From: Rhynchopus sp. YZ270_cl-10
Lineage: Eukaryota
Assembly (NCBI GenBank): GCA_964035575.1
Contig: OZ037833.1
Location: 248,001-312,000, forward strand
DNA length: 64,000 bases
Reading direction: 5' to 3'
The notes beneath the pieces are model-generated. The model worked only from the letters and a program-made list of their open reading frames with translations. It did not search any database and was not told the DNA's origin. Shown here piece by piece: positions 23,986 to 35,274 of the stretch. Position 1 is the stretch's first letter; the number at the start of each line of letters is the position of its first letter. Position numbers and translations under genes: made by a program.

Positions 23986-26148
23986 TCAGACGTCTCCTTT
24001 GGCTTGCTTCTGTAACATCTCGCAGGTCTCCAACGCAGCCCGCACCTTCGGCAGACACACCCCTGCCGACACACCACTCCCCCACAGCTGCACCGCCGCG
24101 AGCAACGCCGCGAAGGCTGTGTCCAAACACTCCTCCTCCTCCCCCTCCCCTCCCACCTCCTCCACCCCACCCCTCCCTTGCAAAGACGAATACGAGGCAT
24201 GTCTCCCAGGCCCTCCTGGAGGCCCCGCGCCTATACTGCTCACTGGACGACTGCTGTCAGAAGCACTCCTTGAAAGACGTGCTTCTGCTGAAGCACCCTC
24301 ACCCCCACCCTCCGACGGCACATAAGAGAACAATGGAACACCCCCTTCCGCAGGCGTGACGTATGTGTAGCTGGTTTCGTCTGATGGTGCCTCGCGATGG
24401 CCTTGGTAAGTGTAGTGTGTGTCCTCGAAGGCTTCGCTGAGAGGGGAGAAGGAGGCAGTATGTGGGGGGGATTGAGGCGATTCGGTCGGGTTTCTTGTGG
24501 GGTTTGCATCCCGGAGGCATTCTGCAGAGTAACGCTCAGCCTCGATGGTGGGGTGTGCTGTCGTGGGGGTTTCTCTGAGGTTCTCTCGTTCGTGCAGTTT
24601 TCGCCTTAAGGGAGGAGGGGCTTTGAGTGACTCAGCAAAGCGGAGCAGGTCGTACTCTGCCGTGGAAGTGGTGGTGGTGGTGGTGGTGGTGGGTAGGTCA
24701 GACCGTTTTGTTGGCTTTTCTATTGCTGCATCCTCTGTGGTAAAGCTTGTTGCTGAATTTTGGGGGAAAATCGCGTTGTTGTTGTTGTTATTGTTGTCGT
24801 TTTTTTGCTCCGGAAACAGCGCAGAGGTTGGGGTGACCGGAGACATCCCTCTGGTAGTCTCGAGAGGGGCGTTGCTTGGTGGCCATGCTACGGTGTCGCA
24901 TTTTGAATATGACTCTGTGTTTGATTCAGAAGGAGGCGCAGTCCGCCCCGCAGGAAGCAACGCAGCGGAGGACGGGGGCGCGGGGCTGCCCTCTGTGCTG
25001 TTCGCACCCCCTTCCCCTTCACACAGATCGGCCGGGTCAGCCGCATCTTCCAGCCATGAGTCGTAGGACCCTTCACGACACGGTGATATCGATTTCACAG
25101 CATATCGTCCAATCTCTGCCTTCAACGGTGGACTGACAGCGCGAAAAACCTTCCCACCACCGTCCTCCTGCTCTGCATAAACCGGGGGGTCGTACTGCGT
25201 TGGTCTATATACATTCGGTTCCCATTCGTTTCGATAATGAAACTGCCCTCTCTCGGGATACACTCCCTCCAACCGTCGCGACCTTTGAGAAGTTTCAGAA
25301 GGCTCCGCTGTCTCCCTATCCATTTCCCTATACGAAGTCCTCAATCTCTCTTCTGCAGAACCCCTATAGGGGGCTTCCTTAGGCACCCTTTCCTCTCTTC
25401 CCTCAAGAATGGTTCTTCCTTTAGAGATTTCACTATGATGCACTACATCACCCCTTTGTGTTATGTTCCCCCCCTCGTCTGCACGCTGGAGAGAAGGAAT
25501 TTCTCGAGAGGTTGAGGGTAATTCCAACCGAGAGGCCTCCTGGCGAGCCTCCGTTAATATGATTGAATCTACCCGGTCGATGGTCCTCTCGGAGTGTTTG
25601 AAGAGAGGGGTGGGGCGGAGTGTGTTGTTGTCAGATTGTAGTACCTCGGGTCGTGCAATGCAAGAGAATCGTGGGGTCGCGCAAAGTGGTGCGCGGCTGG
25701 GCTGATAGGGGGTGGGCGGTGCATCACCCCAGGACTGTTGTGGAGGCTGCTGCTGCTGCTGCTGCTGCTGCTGGCCCCTTGGAGTGCCTTCTCCAAGAAT
25801 CTCTGTGAGTCGTTGTGTCTGTGGTTGATGTCGTGGTGTTGAATTGGTAGGGATATGGGTAAGTCCTCGGGCATGTGGTGTCGGTTCCCTGAATGACCTT
25901 CCCTTAGTAGAATCGACTGAAAGAAGCTCTGAAGGAAGCAGGCCCCGTTGTGGTGGGTGGTGCTTCTGCATAGTATGGCGAAGCGGCATGCCTTCTGTAT
26001 GTGGGAGCACGACAGCCGCGGCAGATTGTCGTGCCTGGCGTAACACACAACTCCCTTCTGGGTCGTGCACTGGGCCTCTCAACGGACGGTGGTCAGACCC
26101 CCGCATACATCCAATGATATAGAAAGGTGCCCAAAATACCGTAGACAC
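23986..26148 (-). CDS. Hypothetical low-complexity, probably disordered protein (~700 aa; start uncertain)
   Basis: 720-codon ORF rich in P/S/T/E with polyQ, polyN and polyT tracts; short helical C-terminus. Confidence 0.7.
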   Translation of the reverse strand: MSTVFWAPFYIIGCMRGSDHRPLRGPVHDPEGSCVLRQARQSAAAVVLPHTEGMPLRHTMQKHHPPQRGLLPSELLSVDSTKGRSFREPTPHARGLTHIPTNSTPRHQPQTQRLTEILGEGTPRGQQQQQQQQQPPQQSWGDAPPTPYQPSRAPLCATPRFSCIARPEVLQSDNNTLRPTPLFKHSERTIDRVDSIILTEARQEASRLELPSTSREIPSLQRADEGGNITQRGDVVHHSEISKGRTILEGREERVPKEAPYRGSAEERLRTSYREMDRETAEPSETSQRSRRLEGVYPERGQFHYRNEWEPNVYRPTQYDPPVYAEQEDGGGKVFRAVSPPLKAEIGRYAVKSISPCREGSYDSWLEDAADPADLCEGEGGANSTEGSPAPPSSAALLPAGRTAPPSESNTESYSKCDTVAWPPSNAPLETTRGMSPVTPTSALFPEQKNDNNNNNNNAIFPQNSATSFTTEDAAIEKPTKRSDLPTTTTTTTTSTAEYDLLRFAESLKAPPPLRRKLHERENLRETPTTAHPTIEAERYSAECLRDANPTRNPTESPQSPPHTASFSPLSEAFEDTHYTYQGHREAPSDETSYTYVTPAEGGVPLFSYVPSEGGGEGASAEARLSRSASDSSRPVSSIGAGPPGGPGRHASYSSLQGRGGVEEVGGEGEEEECLDTAFAALLAAVQLWGSGVSAGVCLPKVRAALETCEMLQKQAKGDV

Positions 26149-26396
26149 AACTCTGTAAGGGGGAGGTGCACGCTATGGCAAAGGGAGAGAGAAAAGAGAA
26201 AAACTGAGGTTTATATTTGTGGAAGAGAAAAAAGGGGGGGCAAGGGGAGCGGGTGTTCTGTTAGTGGGGGGGGTGGGATTTTGCAGGGGTGGGGTTAAAT
26301 GGCTGTGTTGTGTGGATTCTGATGGATTTTCAACAACCTTCACCCCCCTGTAAGGGTAACCGTAGGTGAAGTGAGGTATAGTATTGAAATCAATGT

Positions 26397-26629
26397 GGTG
26401 CCAGGTGCCAGGTGCCAGGTGCCAGGTGCCAGGTGCCAGGTGCCAGGTGCCAGGTGCCAGGTGCCAGGTGCCAGGTGCCAGGTGCCAGGTGCCAGGTGCC
26501 AGGTGCCAGGTGCCAGGTGCCAGGTGCCAGGTGCCAGGTGCCAGGTGCCAGGTGCCAGGTGCCAGGTGCCAGGTGCCAGGTGCCAGGTGCCAGGTGCCAG
26601 GTGCCAGGTGCCAGGTGCCAGGTGCCAGG
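26397..26629. repeat. Tandem 7-mer satellite (CCAGGTG)n, ~33 copies
   Basis: Directly visible perfect array attached to a TE fragment. Confidence 0.98.
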
Positions 26630-28142
26630 TTCTATGATATGCACGGAACCACCCTGCACCTGTTTGTCATATTGTTTCCCGTGCAATACATGGAGAAACG
26701 TTTCGCACTCGAAACTAGGGAGACAATGACAACATACAGGTAACAGGGGTTTTTGAATTGGAGTCGTTTGCATATGTTTCTGAAAAATGACAAGGCAAGA
26801 GAACAAAAACCATCGTGAGGAAGAAAAAAGGAGAGAAAAATATTTTTCTCGGTGAAGGTGGTGTTTACGTTTTGGGTACGGGGCGGAGCATACAATCTGT
26901 TCGATAAAAGAAACGCAAGCTTTTTGCTTTATCTTGTTCATTTTTTCCCCGCATACCCCAACAGAAAGAGAAAGGATATGCTTTTATTTCCCAACCCAAC
27001 AACAACGATAAAGCGTGTTCACGACAATAGATAAAAGCAAAGAAGTAATTTTAGGTTTTGCGAGGCACTCAACGAGTGTGCCAGCTCTGTGGACTCACAG
27101 AGCCACCAACACTCCCCAGTCATTTTTCCTGCGCATGGAAAACTCGCAGTATGCGACTTGGAGAGGCAGGGTTGCTGAAAAACAAAAAGACCCTGAAGGC
27201 ACAAAAACGCCCCGCATACCCGCCTCCTGTTTTGTACTCTCTCAGGTAGGAGACATCGGTTCGAGCGGTCAACACCTTCATAGAGTTTCAGGAGGAATGG
27301 ACCCCCGGATGCAATTTACGGTCCAGACCAGGACCTAAAAAAAATAAAAAACTATAGTTCCTCGAACACAAAAAGTGGGGGGTGAATTGTTTAATAACCA
27401 ACTAATTCTAAAAGAACACATGATACGTGACACAGAGCGTTGCCTTATGAGCAATGCGGGATCACATGACGGTGCAGCACTTGTGGGCCCCTTCATAGTT
27501 CTCTCCCATGTTCAGGTTTGACACTCTCGGACCTGACCAGTCTACATATTCCAATTCGCGTTGCACCATTTCCGATCTTCGTCATCAATGTGTCGTTACC
27601 ATCGTCGTATATATCGATAGAGTATTGGTGCGCCGTAAAATTGCTGCTCCGTTCTATAGGACACAACCACTGCCATAGTTAATAGTGTGAGGAGTGGGGT
27701 CTGCAGAACTGATGGGGGAGAGCGGCAGCACACCGCAGTATTCAGTCTGACCGCAAAAAAAAGGTCAAACTCCCAAAATCCAAAAAAAAAAGGTCAAACA
27801 TTTTTACGGTCAGATACTATAGTACGGTAAGAAATACATACGGTCAGTGCATGTTTCTGGTACGGTGTACCATTGAAATAACATTGCGCTTACCTGTTGC
27901 TTTTTTGTTTTGCTAATTTCGTAAGTGTTCTGGTTAAATAAACATCAAACTTCAGGGGCGTGCTGAAGGGAACGAAAGGCGAAGTAAGGTTTTGCTCTCT
28001 CCCCCTCTCTCTCTCTCTTATCACACACAATTATCCTATGGGGGAAAAACTTCATTTTTGACAAAACTTTCCCCCATCACCACGCTCAACACTTTTACAA
28101 AAAAAAGGACCTCAACTGCCGAGATTGCACAGTAGACAAAGA

Positions 28143-28260
28143 TTAATGGTGGCAGTATTGTGATGCCCATTGGAATACGCAAAATACATCACAATACACG
28201 TGTATTTTGATGTATTTTGCGTATTCTAATGGGCTCCCATCACAATACTGCCACCATTAA
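28143..28260. repeat. ~118-bp near-perfect palindrome (fold-back MITE-like) bounded by TTAA
   Basis: ttaatggtggcagtattgtgatg...gaatacgcaaaatacatcacaatacac|gtgtattttgatgtattttgcgtattc...catcacaatactgccaccattaa. Confidence 0.85.
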
Positions 28261-28278
28261 CAAAGACCCCCACCCCCT

Positions 28279-29193
28279 TCACCCCTCCTCCCCAAAAACA
28301 AGCTCAAACGCCTTCACCGCTGTGATATTGTCACAGTGCGCCGCGGCCCCTGTGTCCAGCATCACCAAACTACAACGCCCTTCATCGCGGATTGATATTG
28401 CCACGTTGTAGTGCCCTTTTAGGTCTATGATCCATATTAGGGATTCAGGGTTTAATCCACGCGATTGACATGCATCGAGGAAGGTGTCACGCGAGCACCG
28501 CAGCAGCTCCCGCGGTTCGAAGAACTCGAGGATAAAGTCATCGCCGGGCGGGAAGGACACCTCCTCTGCGAGAAGCCGCTCTTTCTCTACGTGGGTTGCC
28601 TCTGCGAGATCTACGGTCTGGTTCCTCCGCAGATATGCCACATTGCTGGTCGCATAGCCCCGCAGCACATCCGAAATCTCATAGTTCGCGACCCACGCAG
28701 TGATGTACCCCGCCTCTTCCGATGCGTCTGCGAAGGGGGTAGACGGCGCGGCGATGTACGCCCTCCGGTCGTCGAGAATCGCGTCAAACGCAACAGAAAG
28801 ATATGGGATGATAAGGTCAACGTTGTCAAGCAGCTCTGCTACTAGCGTTTTTATTTCGGTGAGGGAAAGTGTTGTGTATTGTCGGTCTAAGAGAAAGGAA
28901 GATACCGCGCAGGCGCAGTACCCGCAGATGGCACTGCACGCCCCTTTGGAGGAGGCCAGGGAACGTACCGGGGGTGAGTCAAATTGGTCGAAGATCTTCA
29001 CCTCACGGATGGCTCGCGTTTCGTCTGCGTTGCGTGACGAAAAGGACCGTTCCCCACGGAACACAGAGTACCTCGCCGAGGCAGCCTTGTGTATCACCAC
29101 AGCAGTTTTCGTGGTGGTACACATAACGCAGGAGGTGGCTTCAGGGAGGTTCTCGAAGGTGCAGGCATGGCAGTTCCAGGCACAGTCTCCCAT
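28279..29193 (-). CDS. NZF/RanBP2-type zinc finger fused to an uncharacterised domain with possible papain-like Cys-His-Asp triad
   Basis: WNCHACTFENLPEATSCVMC fits W-x-C-x2-C-TF-x-N-x6-C-x-M-C. Downstream motifs SAICGY, IIDLKGHYNVA and LVMLDT. Confidence 0.8.
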   Translation of the reverse strand: MGDCAWNCHACTFENLPEATSCVMCTTTKTAVVIHKAASARYSVFRGERSFSSRNADETRAIREVKIFDQFDSPPVRSLASSKGACSAICGYCACAVSSFLLDRQYTTLSLTEIKTLVAELLDNVDLIIPYLSVAFDAILDDRRAYIAAPSTPFADASEEAGYITAWVANYEISDVLRGYATSNVAYLRRNQTVDLAEATHVEKERLLAEEVSFPPGDDFILEFFEPRELLRCSRDTFLDACQSRGLNPESLIWIIDLKGHYNVAISIRDEGRCSLVMLDTGAAAHCDNITAVKAFELVFGEEG

Positions 29194-30556
29194 CAAAAGG
29201 GGGGGTAGGGGTAGAGGGGAGAAAAAGAGTTGAAAAGTGTAAAAACGCCTCAGTTTATGAGTTTAAATAATGAGGAACCTAAGTCTGTGCTTGGTACAAT
29301 CGAAATGTGAGGCTAGAAAGTGCAAAGTGCAAAGTGTTGGTGTGGCGGTGTACCTATAAGAGGGGTGCGGGAGTAAGTGTGAAGTTACTGCGAAATCAAA
29401 CGAAAGGTTTGTAAGATGACCCTAAGCTTCTCGGTGATCACCTTGAAATCAAAAAGGGGGGCACGACGTACTAAGTCATGGCCATGTCAGGTGGTATTAC
29501 TAATGCGACTATAGTGAAAAGGCATGAGACGGGTATGCGCACTTCACGCGGGACGAACGGGGAGTCGTTCAAGCCAACAGTGATGTGTCACGTTGCCGAC
29601 AGGCCCAGTGCATGAGCACATCAAGACAACATGACACAACAGGAGTGTTTTTGCAGGACTCCTGGCAGGGAGATCCCCAGATCACTGAGCCAAGAGAAGT
29701 TGAACTCTCACACGACGAATCGTCATCAACATCTATCGCACGCAGGAACGTCCTTGGGGTTTGGTTAAAAAAAAACATAAAGTTGGGGTATTGAAGGAGG
29801 GGAGGTCTTCTTTACTCTAAACGATGGTGTTCTTTGTTTGTTTGTTTTTTTGTTGGAACTTTTTTTTTTTTTTTTGCGGCGACGTACCGCAGACACTTTT
29901 GGAGGGTGCTTTTTTTCCTTTTTATATTGTGTCGATAATCATTTGTACACCAGCCTTTTTTTGGACATATTCTTATACGAATGCTATACAATTTTAAATC
30001 GATCGTTCCCTCCAGCGGAAGTGCTTTTCCAAAACAATAATCTAAGGGGAAAAATGTGGGAGGTGGATGTAGCCATTTTTCTCTTTTGGCGACGCGAATT
30101 CAAATCGAAAAATAGATTCTCGAGACGGATTTTGGGGGGGACTTTTCAAAAATACAGCACGGCTGCCTTAACGTTAGATGAATTTGAGATGAATTTTTTG
30201 TTTTTTAATTAATTTCATGTTTTCTACTGAAGACGAGAGGAGTTAAGCACAGACCCGAACCACTTTCCGATGTCGACGGCCAGGGGCTGGGCCAACTTGT
30301 GGAGGCCCTCGGGGGTCTTCAGGATAGTGTGATACCCCTCTTCTTGCTCGCTCCTGTGGATTTGAAGGGTGGAATAAAGAGGGGGGGGTTTTGTTGTGTC
30401 GAATCACCGAGTAATCCCACCAGGTGGAGAGAATTCGGGTCTGTCCTCATTATTGGCCGAAGCCTTTTGTACTACGGAAGGTATAGACGTAGTCCGTCCT
30501 GAACCCTCAAGAGCAACTATTAAGATGAAAAGAAGAGTTATTTTTTTTGCTATTGT

Positions 30557-33500
30557 TCAGAGTAGTTTGCTTCGGTTGTGTTTCCACAGTGTATGCAAAA
30601 TCGCCACATTTTCCAAAAAAAAAAAGGTTCTCAAAAGGGCCCTCCGATCTTTGCAAAAGAGGGGTTTGTAATTTTTTGCTACATACTTCAATACCAACCC
30701 GTGGTCGATGAAGGTATGGAGCCCCCTCAACGGGTCGTTGTGGATCTGCAGCTCGTGTGACTTTTTGTAGAAGAGCTCCTTTGAAACCACTCGGAGGGGG
30801 CCTGTACCAGACTGCACCTGCAGCATGGCAAGCAGCCAGAGACATCCCTTTATGTCACGCGAGATAATCGACCTAAGCACCGGCTCGAAGGACTCCAACT
30901 GCCGAGAGTCCTGTTTGACATTCTCTGCGTTGCTTGTCGATCGGCCTTGGTCTGTTTTCTTCCGTTTCACCCCCTTCTTCTTCACAGCAACCGGTGCCGT
31001 GGAGTAGATGAACGTCGACATCTCCACCTCCCTATACTTCGTGAGGGACAACCCTGAGGTCCCTTTCAAGCATCGTCTTGTTTTTGGTAAATCACGCACC
31101 GTGCAGCAGACACGAAGCATTTCAGGCGCGGCTGCAGAGATCGCTTGGACTAACCCCCACAGAGCCGGCGCTGCAGAGTCGAAGTCGTGAATGAAGAGTG
31201 CGATGCGCAGCGGGTTCGCGGCGTTGCTGTTTCGGAGGATCGCGTCAAGCGCTGCCGCCTTCCCATCCTTCCCTGCCATGCGGTGGCGTGGTGTAGGGTT
31301 CGGTGGGCTGACCCTTCTAAAGGGTGCAAGCGTGCGGACACTTTTGACCCCCTCTTTGCCCCCCCGTTGTTGTTGTTGTGCCTTGAGCAAGGCGGTGCCA
31401 TCAGTGCATTCGAATCGATGATGATCTTTTTCCTCGTCCATTTCCTCATCCTGCCTGACCTTCATGGCATCTATCCACGACCCCAAGGAAGGTGGGGGAA
31501 GAGGTTCTGCTCTCTCTGTGCTGTACTTCGTTGCCGCAAAGTTCTCTGCGTTTTGTGGGGCAGAGTCCTCGGGGTGGTACAGCGGTGCCCCCGATTTCCA
31601 ATCGGAAGGTTGCAGCTGCGCGCTTTGCTCCGCAGAGTAGACCCGACGGAGCAGCGCAACAAGAACATTACCAGAAAGGGAGGAACACATATTGGATTTC
31701 AGCATCTGACCGTCCGTATCGAGAAGACCCAGAAGCGACGCAAGACGCTTTTCCGTCCCTTCCGCAACCTCAAAAACGTCGAGCAAAATTCGGGACGCAA
31801 GCGACGCGGTATCCGCCACTCTGGTCCCGTCAATCACATAAGTATAGTATCCTGAGAAGGCGGGCAGGGTCGACATCTCCCAGAGGAGGTGCCGCAGTTC
31901 ACCTAAACCGTAGAGACAAACGACGGAGCCGACTGCGTCTTCTTGGGTGCGTTTTTGGAGAAAATAGCCGTCGCGGAAGGGCAGGCCTTTCATGTAGCAG
32001 ACAAGCTTCCAGTACATGTAGCGGTAGGTAAGATTGAGGCGGCGTTCGGCGTCGTCCAAAGCCTTGAATAGCTTGATGCCGTCGTAGGTGTCGAGAGTGG
32101 TGACCTCGTTGTCAGCGGAGGGCGGTGCAAGGTCCTCGCAGTGTTCCTTGCAGAAATCGAAGAAGTATCTGTCGTCGTGGGTACGGCGGTCGCGTGATGC
32201 CAGCTCCGCTTCGTCTACGATGAGTTCGTTTGGTTTGTTGTGCTTCAAAAAGTGATGCGGCGTCCGCATCGGACGAAAATCCCGCAAAACCGTCAAATTA
32301 ATGAACGATTCACCCCACGCAGCCCGCGTACAATACGTCTTAATCTGCACCCCACGCACCAAGCGGCCCAAATTTAGGGCAAATTTAGGGCCCACCGCAG
32401 TCGTCTCAGAGATGGTGTCAAACGCATTTTCATTTCCACTGATCACATCGTACTCGGAGCTGTCCAGGTGGTGGGAGTATTTGAACGCAGGAAGGTGTCG
32501 GTTTGCGAAGGACTCATGCTGTGCATCGATTTGCCCACAGAAGGTCCCTCCGGAGTCTGCCGCCCACATCCCGTAGAGGATGTCACACTTTATGTTGACA
32601 ATTTCACCGGATTTTCGGGTGATACCACCCTTTGGGCGGAAGGCTTCTACCTTAAAGACGAGCTTGCTTACCTCGCTTTCCGTTAAGCGCAGATCACAGG
32701 GACGCCAGGTTTCGAGGTGGGCTGTGTTTTTGTTGTAGGTCTCACGGTCGATGCACAATAGTCTGGTGTGAAGCATATGGGAATCGCTACTGCGTGCAGG
32801 CTGGTGCGCGGTACGGTCGGAAGCAGAGGTGTGCTCAGGGCAGCTCACGGTGTAGGTGTTTGGCGAGATGATCGCTCCGTCCGACACATCGTCCTCGACC
32901 ACGGCAGACACCTTCCAGGGACGGAGTTGGAGCGCTTCTGAGAGGACCGCGCAGAAGAGGTGCATGGTGTGCGGGCAGGGCTGGCAGTCGGGGCAGTCCA
33001 CCCCGCGGCAGTCTTTGTCGTTACAGGGGGTGCCGAGGCAGGAGAGGACCGCGCCACGGACACCACAGAGGCTACAGGGTGCGAGACGGTTGTGGGTGCG
33101 GGTTTCGTGGAGTCGTTTGAAGTCGCCGAGACTGCGGGTGTCCTTTTGGTGCTGCAGTGAGTGGTAGCAGCCTTCGTGGTAGAAGGTACCAGATGCCTCG
33201 TTTGCGTCCCATATGGTACCTCCGTCCTCGGTCATCATGACAGAGCGGAGCGCATGGTTGAGTGTGGTAAGAGAGACATCCTTCCCAAGGTTGTCCCACA
33301 CCTCGTGAGAGGTCTTGCTCATGAACCCCTGAACGTCGGAGAGGGTAAGGTTTTCCCATTGTCCTTCAGAGTTCTGATTTTCTGTCCAATGAAAATCCGA
33401 TAATTTGAGGCGAAGTGGGCAAGCACAATGCTGTTTTCTTGTATCCAAATGCAGCTCTTCGGAGTAAATCCTGCGGAGTTCTGGGACAACAGAGTCCATA

Positions 33501-35011
33501 TTCTGGTACCGATCGGTGATGGACGCGAAGTATTCCCGGGTCTCCAGAAAGCTGTGCGAAAGCGCGCCGTGGTGCGGGCGGGACATCACTAATAGCCACT
33601 CTGTAGCGTGCCCGCCTTCTACCGTGCAGAGGGCGGCATTCACTTCTTCATCCTTTGCGTCTCTTACCAGTGGGGTAGGGGTCGTCAAAATCGTCTTCGC
33701 ATTCTGCATCAAACGAGGTGGACCAAGCACCCAATGTTCCGGGACGTCTTGAAGCAGAGATACGCAGTCTGCAGCCCGCGAGCAGGTTTCTACAATGGGA
33801 AGGGACAGCTTCTTCGCACCTTCAAAGCTTGCGTTGACATTGAAGTTGTAGATGTTCACATCCGGTGCCAGCACCATGGCGTGTCCAGGTCGAGGAGGTA
33901 CCCCCGAAGTCTTCCAGTCTGCCTTATCATGCATTCCCCACGGGGAGATCACAACGTATTCGTTGTCGTGCCCACCATTGGCCCGTTTGAAACACGGTGA
34001 GAACGATACCTTCCCATCGATTTTAACGGCCGCATAGCAGTGGATGTCCCATTCTTCGTCGAGATCGGTTTTTTCTGAAAAAAAGCTGTCATTTGTCTCC
34101 TGCCCGGGAGAGTGCGCTGATTTGGGGATAAAATGACTGCCTATCAACGCAAACAGACTGACCCCTGAAGGGACTTCCTTTGGCTCCTCCACTTTCTTTG
34201 TTTTTGAGGAGTATATACGCAGCTCCTTCTTGGTGCGTGGGAGAAGCCCTGCCCATGCGGGCCCCATTTCTGTGGTGTAGAGATTGTTGCTCAGGTAGAT
34301 TTGGTGGCGGAGTTCGCCCTGGCTGCCGAGGGGGCGTTCTGCGCGCGGTGCGTCGGCAAGTTTTTGCCCCTTATCAAAGCCGCCCTTCTCGGAGGAGAAG
34401 CTAAACCACCATGCGTACACCCCATCCCCAGGGCTGTAATAGATTATCCCGTTCTGCTTCGTCTCCACATCGTGGAAAGGGATTTCAATGGCTTTGCATC
34501 CGTCGTTCAATCCAATCCTCGCTGCGCTTCGGACGAACGCTGTTCTAGAAAATTTCGGCGCAAGATGTACATGCTCTGACTCTAGATAGAAACAGCCGAA
34601 CGAATCCTCATTAAAAACGGTGCCGATTGCGGGAGGGAAGATCAGACGGTAGGTCGTGCCTTGGGAAACCTGAGAAAGGTTGTTCATGATGGATTCGTCT
34701 TCTTGCATGACAGCAAGCACTTTATCCGAGCGGAAGAGCTCTGAAGAGTCAAGAATATAAATGATCCGGTCCAGAACGTACCCGGTCGCATAGCTGCGTT
34801 TCTTTCCGACGACAGACGGGGTTTTCTCGTGGCGAGAGATATCCACAAACGCAATGCGCCAATCCCCACTACAATCCGCAAGACTCCCCGGATCAGCACG
34901 GTCATGTGTCTCCACAACCCCAGCCAACCATGGCACCCAACTTGGCAGCCATCTCGGATAAGGTACGGACTCATAAAAATCCCCTTGAGGGGAGAACGGT
35001 GCCTCCATCAT
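30557..35011 (-). CDS. Large protein (1484 aa) with an extended PHD-like zinc finger
   Basis: YHEGC...CSLCGVRGAVLSC...C...MHLFCA...SCPEH matches the ePHD/zf-HC5HC2H pattern; basic NLS-like KKKGVKRKK near the C-terminus. Confidence 0.8.
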   Translation of the reverse strand: MMEAPFSPQGDFYESVPYPRWLPSWVPWLAGVVETHDRADPGSLADCSGDWRIAFVDISRHEKTPSVVGKKRSYATGYVLDRIIYILDSSELFRSDKVLAVMQEDESIMNNLSQVSQGTTYRLIFPPAIGTVFNEDSFGCFYLESEHVHLAPKFSRTAFVRSAARIGLNDGCKAIEIPFHDVETKQNGIIYYSPGDGVYAWWFSFSSEKGGFDKGQKLADAPRAERPLGSQGELRHQIYLSNNLYTTEMGPAWAGLLPRTKKELRIYSSKTKKVEEPKEVPSGVSLFALIGSHFIPKSAHSPGQETNDSFFSEKTDLDEEWDIHCYAAVKIDGKVSFSPCFKRANGGHDNEYVVISPWGMHDKADWKTSGVPPRPGHAMVLAPDVNIYNFNVNASFEGAKKLSLPIVETCSRAADCVSLLQDVPEHWVLGPPRLMQNAKTILTTPTPLVRDAKDEEVNAALCTVEGGHATEWLLVMSRPHHGALSHSFLETREYFASITDRYQNMDSVVPELRRIYSEELHLDTRKQHCACPLRLKLSDFHWTENQNSEGQWENLTLSDVQGFMSKTSHEVWDNLGKDVSLTTLNHALRSVMMTEDGGTIWDANEASGTFYHEGCYHSLQHQKDTRSLGDFKRLHETRTHNRLAPCSLCGVRGAVLSCLGTPCNDKDCRGVDCPDCQPCPHTMHLFCAVLSEALQLRPWKVSAVVEDDVSDGAIISPNTYTVSCPEHTSASDRTAHQPARSSDSHMLHTRLLCIDRETYNKNTAHLETWRPCDLRLTESEVSKLVFKVEAFRPKGGITRKSGEIVNIKCDILYGMWAADSGGTFCGQIDAQHESFANRHLPAFKYSHHLDSSEYDVISGNENAFDTISETTAVGPKFALNLGRLVRGVQIKTYCTRAAWGESFINLTVLRDFRPMRTPHHFLKHNKPNELIVDEAELASRDRRTHDDRYFFDFCKEHCEDLAPPSADNEVTTLDTYDGIKLFKALDDAERRLNLTYRYMYWKLVCYMKGLPFRDGYFLQKRTQEDAVGSVVCLYGLGELRHLLWEMSTLPAFSGYYTYVIDGTRVADTASLASRILLDVFEVAEGTEKRLASLLGLLDTDGQMLKSNMCSSLSGNVLVALLRRVYSAEQSAQLQPSDWKSGAPLYHPEDSAPQNAENFAATKYSTERAEPLPPPSLGSWIDAMKVRQDEEMDEEKDHHRFECTDGTALLKAQQQQRGGKEGVKSVRTLAPFRRVSPPNPTPRHRMAGKDGKAAALDAILRNSNAANPLRIALFIHDFDSAAPALWGLVQAISAAAPEMLRVCCTVRDLPKTRRCLKGTSGLSLTKYREVEMSTFIYSTAPVAVKKKGVKRKKTDQGRSTSNAENVKQDSRQLESFEPVLRSIISRDIKGCLWLLAMLQVQSGTGPLRVVSKELFYKKSHELQIHNDPLRGLHTFIDHGLVLKYVAKNYKPLFCKDRRALLRTFFFLENVAILHTLWKHNRSKLL

Positions 35012-35274
35012 TTTTTTTTTTTATGCAGGGGAGGGGAGAAGAAGAATTGGGAATACGACAAAAAATACAAAAAAAAAAGTGTTACTTGTCGTTCCCTCAC
35101 CCCCCTTCTTGTAGTTGTTTGATGCGTTGACGCTTCCACACACACTAAAAATTACCTGTTGGTTGGTGGTGTTGCGGAGCACGGTTGGGTGAGTGAACGA
35201 CGTGACACTTTCCGCTCACAAAGTAGTGTGCGTAAAAAAAAAATGCAAGATGAACCGAAAGAGAGGGGAGAAGA

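Noticed and set aside
26371..26941. VPGARCQ / PGTWHLA repeat ORFs
   Set aside because: Translations of the CCAGGTG satellite.
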